Source of the DNA: an uncultured Eubacteriales bacterium | GTDB lineage: Bacteria > Actinomycetota > Coriobacteriia > Anaerosomatales > JAAXUF01 | Reading direction: 5' to 3' | NCBI GenBank assembly: GCA_964541375.1 | Contig: CAZIPT010000004.1 | Coordinates: 1-60,052 of the forward strand | Length of the DNA: 60,052 nucleotides | Translations under genes and position numbers: made by a program | In this document: positions 57,444 through 60,052 of the stretch, one piece after another | Layout: every line of letters begins with the position of its first letter | Position numbering within the stretch: the stretch's first letter is position 1 | The notes under the pieces: generated by a model | Told to the model about the DNA's origin: nothing | What the model saw: only the letters and a program-made list of their open reading frames with translations | Database searches by the model: none

Positions 57444-58232
57444 CTACTCCGCGAGAAGCCGTTCGGCATTCCCGCCGAGAACGGCCTCAACGACGCCCTT
57501 GGCAAGCGGCAACGAGCGTAGCCAGGCGATTTCCGCTGCCGGGTCGGTCCAGGGCCCGTCGCTGCCGAAGAGAATCTTCTCGGCTCCGTGCGCATGAACG
57601 ATCTCGACGAAGTCCGCATCCGGCAGGTGCCCCAGCGTATAGGCGGTATCCAGGTAGACGTTTTGGCCGACCAGCACCTCTGCAACGTCGTTCCAGACGC
57701 GGAAGCCGCCCAGATGCGCCAGGACCACGCGCATGCGCGGGAACGCCGCCAGCATCGCCGAGAACGACTGCGGGGTGCCACGGACGGTCTCGTGCAGTTC
57801 GTCGGCGCCCGCATGGAAGAAGACCGTCATGTCGTGGGCGATCGCAGCCTCGTAGATTGCGGCAAGCCGAGGTTCGTCGGGCGCGAATGCCTGATGCTCG
57901 GGATGGAGCTTCATGCCGCGCAGGCCGAGAGCGGCCATGCGAGCGATCTCGATCGCCGGGTCATCCACCTCGGGATGCATGGCGCCAAAGGCGATGACCC
58001 CCCGGCCTGAGATCGAGGCCGCCCAGTCGTTGATTCCCGGTACCTGGCTCGCCTTTGTGGCGACGGGCTGGACCACCGATGCGGAGACCCCACTGCGCCT
58101 CATGATGTCGGCAAGCCCGTCGACGGTGCCGTCGTAGAAGGCGGTGAGCGTGCCCTTGCTTTGGAGAGCAGCGATGGCGTTAGGCGCCACCGCGTCCGGC
58201 CACGCGTGGGTGTGGATGTCGATGATCTTCAA
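57444..58232 (-). CDS. Amidohydrolase family protein (Amidohydro_2)
   Basis: IDIHTH, MKLHP, FHAG, AHLGG, FGSDGPW motifs. Confidence 0.88.
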   Translation of the reverse strand: MKIIDIHTHAWPDAVAPNAIAALQSKGTLTAFYDGTVDGLADIMRRSGVSASVVQPVATKASQVPGINDWAASISGRGVIAFGAMHPEVDDPAIEIARMAALGLRGMKLHPEHQAFAPDEPRLAAIYEAAIAHDMTVFFHAGADELHETVRGTPQSFSAMLAAFPRMRVVLAHLGGFRVWNDVAEVLVGQNVYLDTAYTLGHLPDADFVEIVHAHGAEKILFGSDGPWTDPAAEIAWLRSLPLAKGVVEAVLGGNAERLLAE

Positions 58233-58308
58233 CCGAGTGCTCCTCTGGGTGCTCAGTAATGGGAATCCTCTCTTAGCGTACCGCTTTGACGCTTTGGAGG
58301 AATCACTG

Positions 58309-60052
58309 ATGTCCCAGCACCCATCCGCACAGCTCGCACCGACCATCTTGGTGGTCTTCGGCCCGACCGGCGACCTGATGGCACGCAAGGTCGTGCCCTC
58401 ACTGTTCTACCTCATGGGCAAGGGGCTGCTGCCCGAGAAGCTCGTGGTGATCGGCTTCGGTCGACGCGAGTGGGGCGACGCCGAGCTGCAGGAGCACGTG
58501 CGCGGGATCCTCGCCGAGAGGGCTGCGACCGCAACGCCCGAGGAGGTTGAGCGGTTCCTTTCGCTCTTCCGCTACCAGCACGGACAGTTCGACGACCTCG
58601 AGACCTACCACGAGATGGCGCGGGCGATGGCCGCGATCCAGGAGGAGTGGGGCGTCTGCTCCAACAAGGTCTTCTACCTGGCGGTTCCGCCGAGCGACTA
58701 CGAGCTGATCTTCCGGCAGCTCTCGGCAAGCGGGCTGACCATCGAGTGCTCCGACGACACCGGCTGGACCCGCGTGCTGGTCGAGAAGCCGTTCGGTGAC
58801 GACCTCGATACCGCTCGCGAGCTCGACACCCTTCTCGGCAGTCTTTTCCGCGAGGAACAGATCTACCGCATCGACCACTACCTCGCCAAGGAGATGCTCC
58901 AGGGCATCCTGAACTTCCGCTTCACCAACAACCTCTTCGAGTCCGAGTGGAGCCGGCAGGCTATCGAGGCGATCGACATCACGCTTCTCGAGCAGATCGG
59001 CGCCGAGAAGCGCGGGGCGTTCTATGACCGCGTGGGCGCGTTGCGCGACGTCGGCCAGAACCACCTGCTCCAGATGCTCGCGCTGGTCACGATGGAGCAG
59101 CCCGCGACGCACGATGCGGACGACATCCGCGACGCGCGTGCGGCACTGATCGAGTCGCTGGCGCCGATGACGCCGGGCGAAGTCGCCGACGCGACGTTCC
59201 GTGCGCAGGTCGAGGGGTTCCTCGAGATCCCGGGCGTCTCGGCGGATTCGACCACCGAGAGCTACTTCCAGCTCCGCACGCACATGACCGGCTCGCGTTG
59301 GGCAGGCGTCGGCGTGACGATGGAGGCCGGCAAGTGGATGGGCGAGGCGTGCAAGCGCATCGTCGTCACCTTCCGCCATCCCGAGAAGTGCCTGTGCGAA
59401 GGGGTCGAGCACGTCGCGAACAAGATCGTCTTCACCATGGAGCCCAACGACCAGATCGAGATCTGCTTCTTCGCCAAGCGCGTGGGCTTTGAGGACGAGG
59501 TCGAGGAGCGCCGCTTCACCTTCTTCCTCTACGAGAAGACCGAAAAGGCCCAGTACGTGGAGGAGTACGCCAAGCTCATGTTCGACGCGATGCGCGGCGA
59601 CCAGACGCTCTTCGTCTCCACGCGCGAGGTCGACGCAGGCTGGAGCTTCATCGATCCGATTGTCGACGCCTGGCAGGCGGGCGCGGTCGAGCTCGACTAC
59701 TACGAGGCGGGTGATGCGGGGATAGTCGTGCGGGCAGACGAGGTCCTGTCGGCGAAAACGCGACGCGGGCAGGTGGGAGTCGCCGGGCTCGGCAAGATGG
59801 GCGCCGGGCTGGCTCTCAACCTGGTCGACAGTGGCTGGGAGGTCGTGGGGTTCAACCGCCACGCGGACGTGGCTCGCGCGATGGCGCCCGACGGCCTGAT
59901 TCCCGCCGAGACGCTCAGGGACCTGGTCGCAGCGCTGCATCCGCCGCGCGTCATCTGGCTGATGGTGCCATCGGGCGCGCCGGTCGACGAGCTCCTGTTC
60001 GGCGCCGACGGCGCTAGCGGGCTTTCGACGCTCCTCGCTCCCGGCGACACCG
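58309..60052 (+). CDS. zwf: Glucose-6-phosphate dehydrogenase fused in frame to 6-phosphogluconate dehydrogenase (runs off window)
   Basis: Manual translation from ATG 58309 (GGAGG RBS): FGPTGDL, EKPFG, RIDHYLAKE, QNHLLQ; no stop before VGVAGLGKMG...IWLMVPSG (Gnd NAD(P)-binding domain). Confidence 0.92.
   Translation, partial: MSQHPSAQLAPTILVVFGPTGDLMARKVVPSLFYLMGKGLLPEKLVVIGFGRREWGDAELQEHVRGILAERAATATPEEVERFLSLFRYQHGQFDDLETYHEMARAMAAIQEEWGVCSNKVFYLAVPPSDYELIFRQLSASGLTIECSDDTGWTRVLVEKPFGDDLDTARELDTLLGSLFREEQIYRIDHYLAKEMLQGILNFRFTNNLFESEWSRQAIEAIDITLLEQIGAEKRGAFYDRVGALRDVGQNHLLQMLALVTMEQPATHDADDIRDARAALIESLAPMTPGEVADATFRAQVEGFLEIPGVSADSTTESYFQLRTHMTGSRWAGVGVTMEAGKWMGEACKRIVVTFRHPEKCLCEGVEHVANKIVFTMEPNDQIEICFFAKRVGFEDEVEERRFTFFLYEKTEKAQYVEEYAKLMFDAMRGDQTLFVSTREVDAGWSFIDPIVDAWQAGAVELDYYEAGDAGIVVRADEVLSAKTRRGQVGVAGLGKMGAGLALNLVDSGWEVVGFNRHADVARAMAPDGLIPAETLRDLVAALHPPRVIWLMVPSGAPVDELLFGADGASGLSTLLAPGDT

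Noticed and set aside
1-60052. Genome-wide stop-codon reassignment explaining the in-frame stops
   Set aside because: The two disruptions use different codons (TAA, TAG), and TAG and TGA end conserved genes at their expected C-termini.

Overview
High-GC bacterial chromosomal segment. Gene content (fhaA-fhaB-pstP-rodA/pbpA-pknB cluster with a RodA-PBP fusion, multiheme cytochrome, many c-di-GMP enzymes) points to Actinomycetota, probably an anaerobic Coriobacteriia lineage; this is an inference. It holds about 50 CDS, tRNA-Arg(CCT), tRNA-Leu(CAG) and a yybP-ykoY (Mn2+) riboswitch ahead of a P-type ATPase. No rRNA, CRISPR array, transposase or integrase was recognised. Best leads: (1) a ~3.4 kb integrase-less element in the tRNA-Arg anticodon loop, bounded by a 45-bp att duplication, with TCAGTAGCAGA repeats inside both ends and one beta-propeller cargo gene; (2) a Lys/Arg-rich ~110-120 aa C-terminal module on three otherwise unrelated secreted proteins (candidate surface-anchoring system); (3) a c-di-GMP network in which a cyclase and an HD-GYP protein share one PAS-GAF-PAS sensor, plus sigma28/WhiG-like promoters; (4) a candidate anti-Shine-Dalgarno sRNA; (5) a SARP/BTAD regulator with an 11-bp tandem operator candidate; (6) a zwf-gnd fusion; (7) two genes broken by single in-frame stops. 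Starts were adjusted by eye using RBS motifs; product calls come from motif recognition, not database searches.
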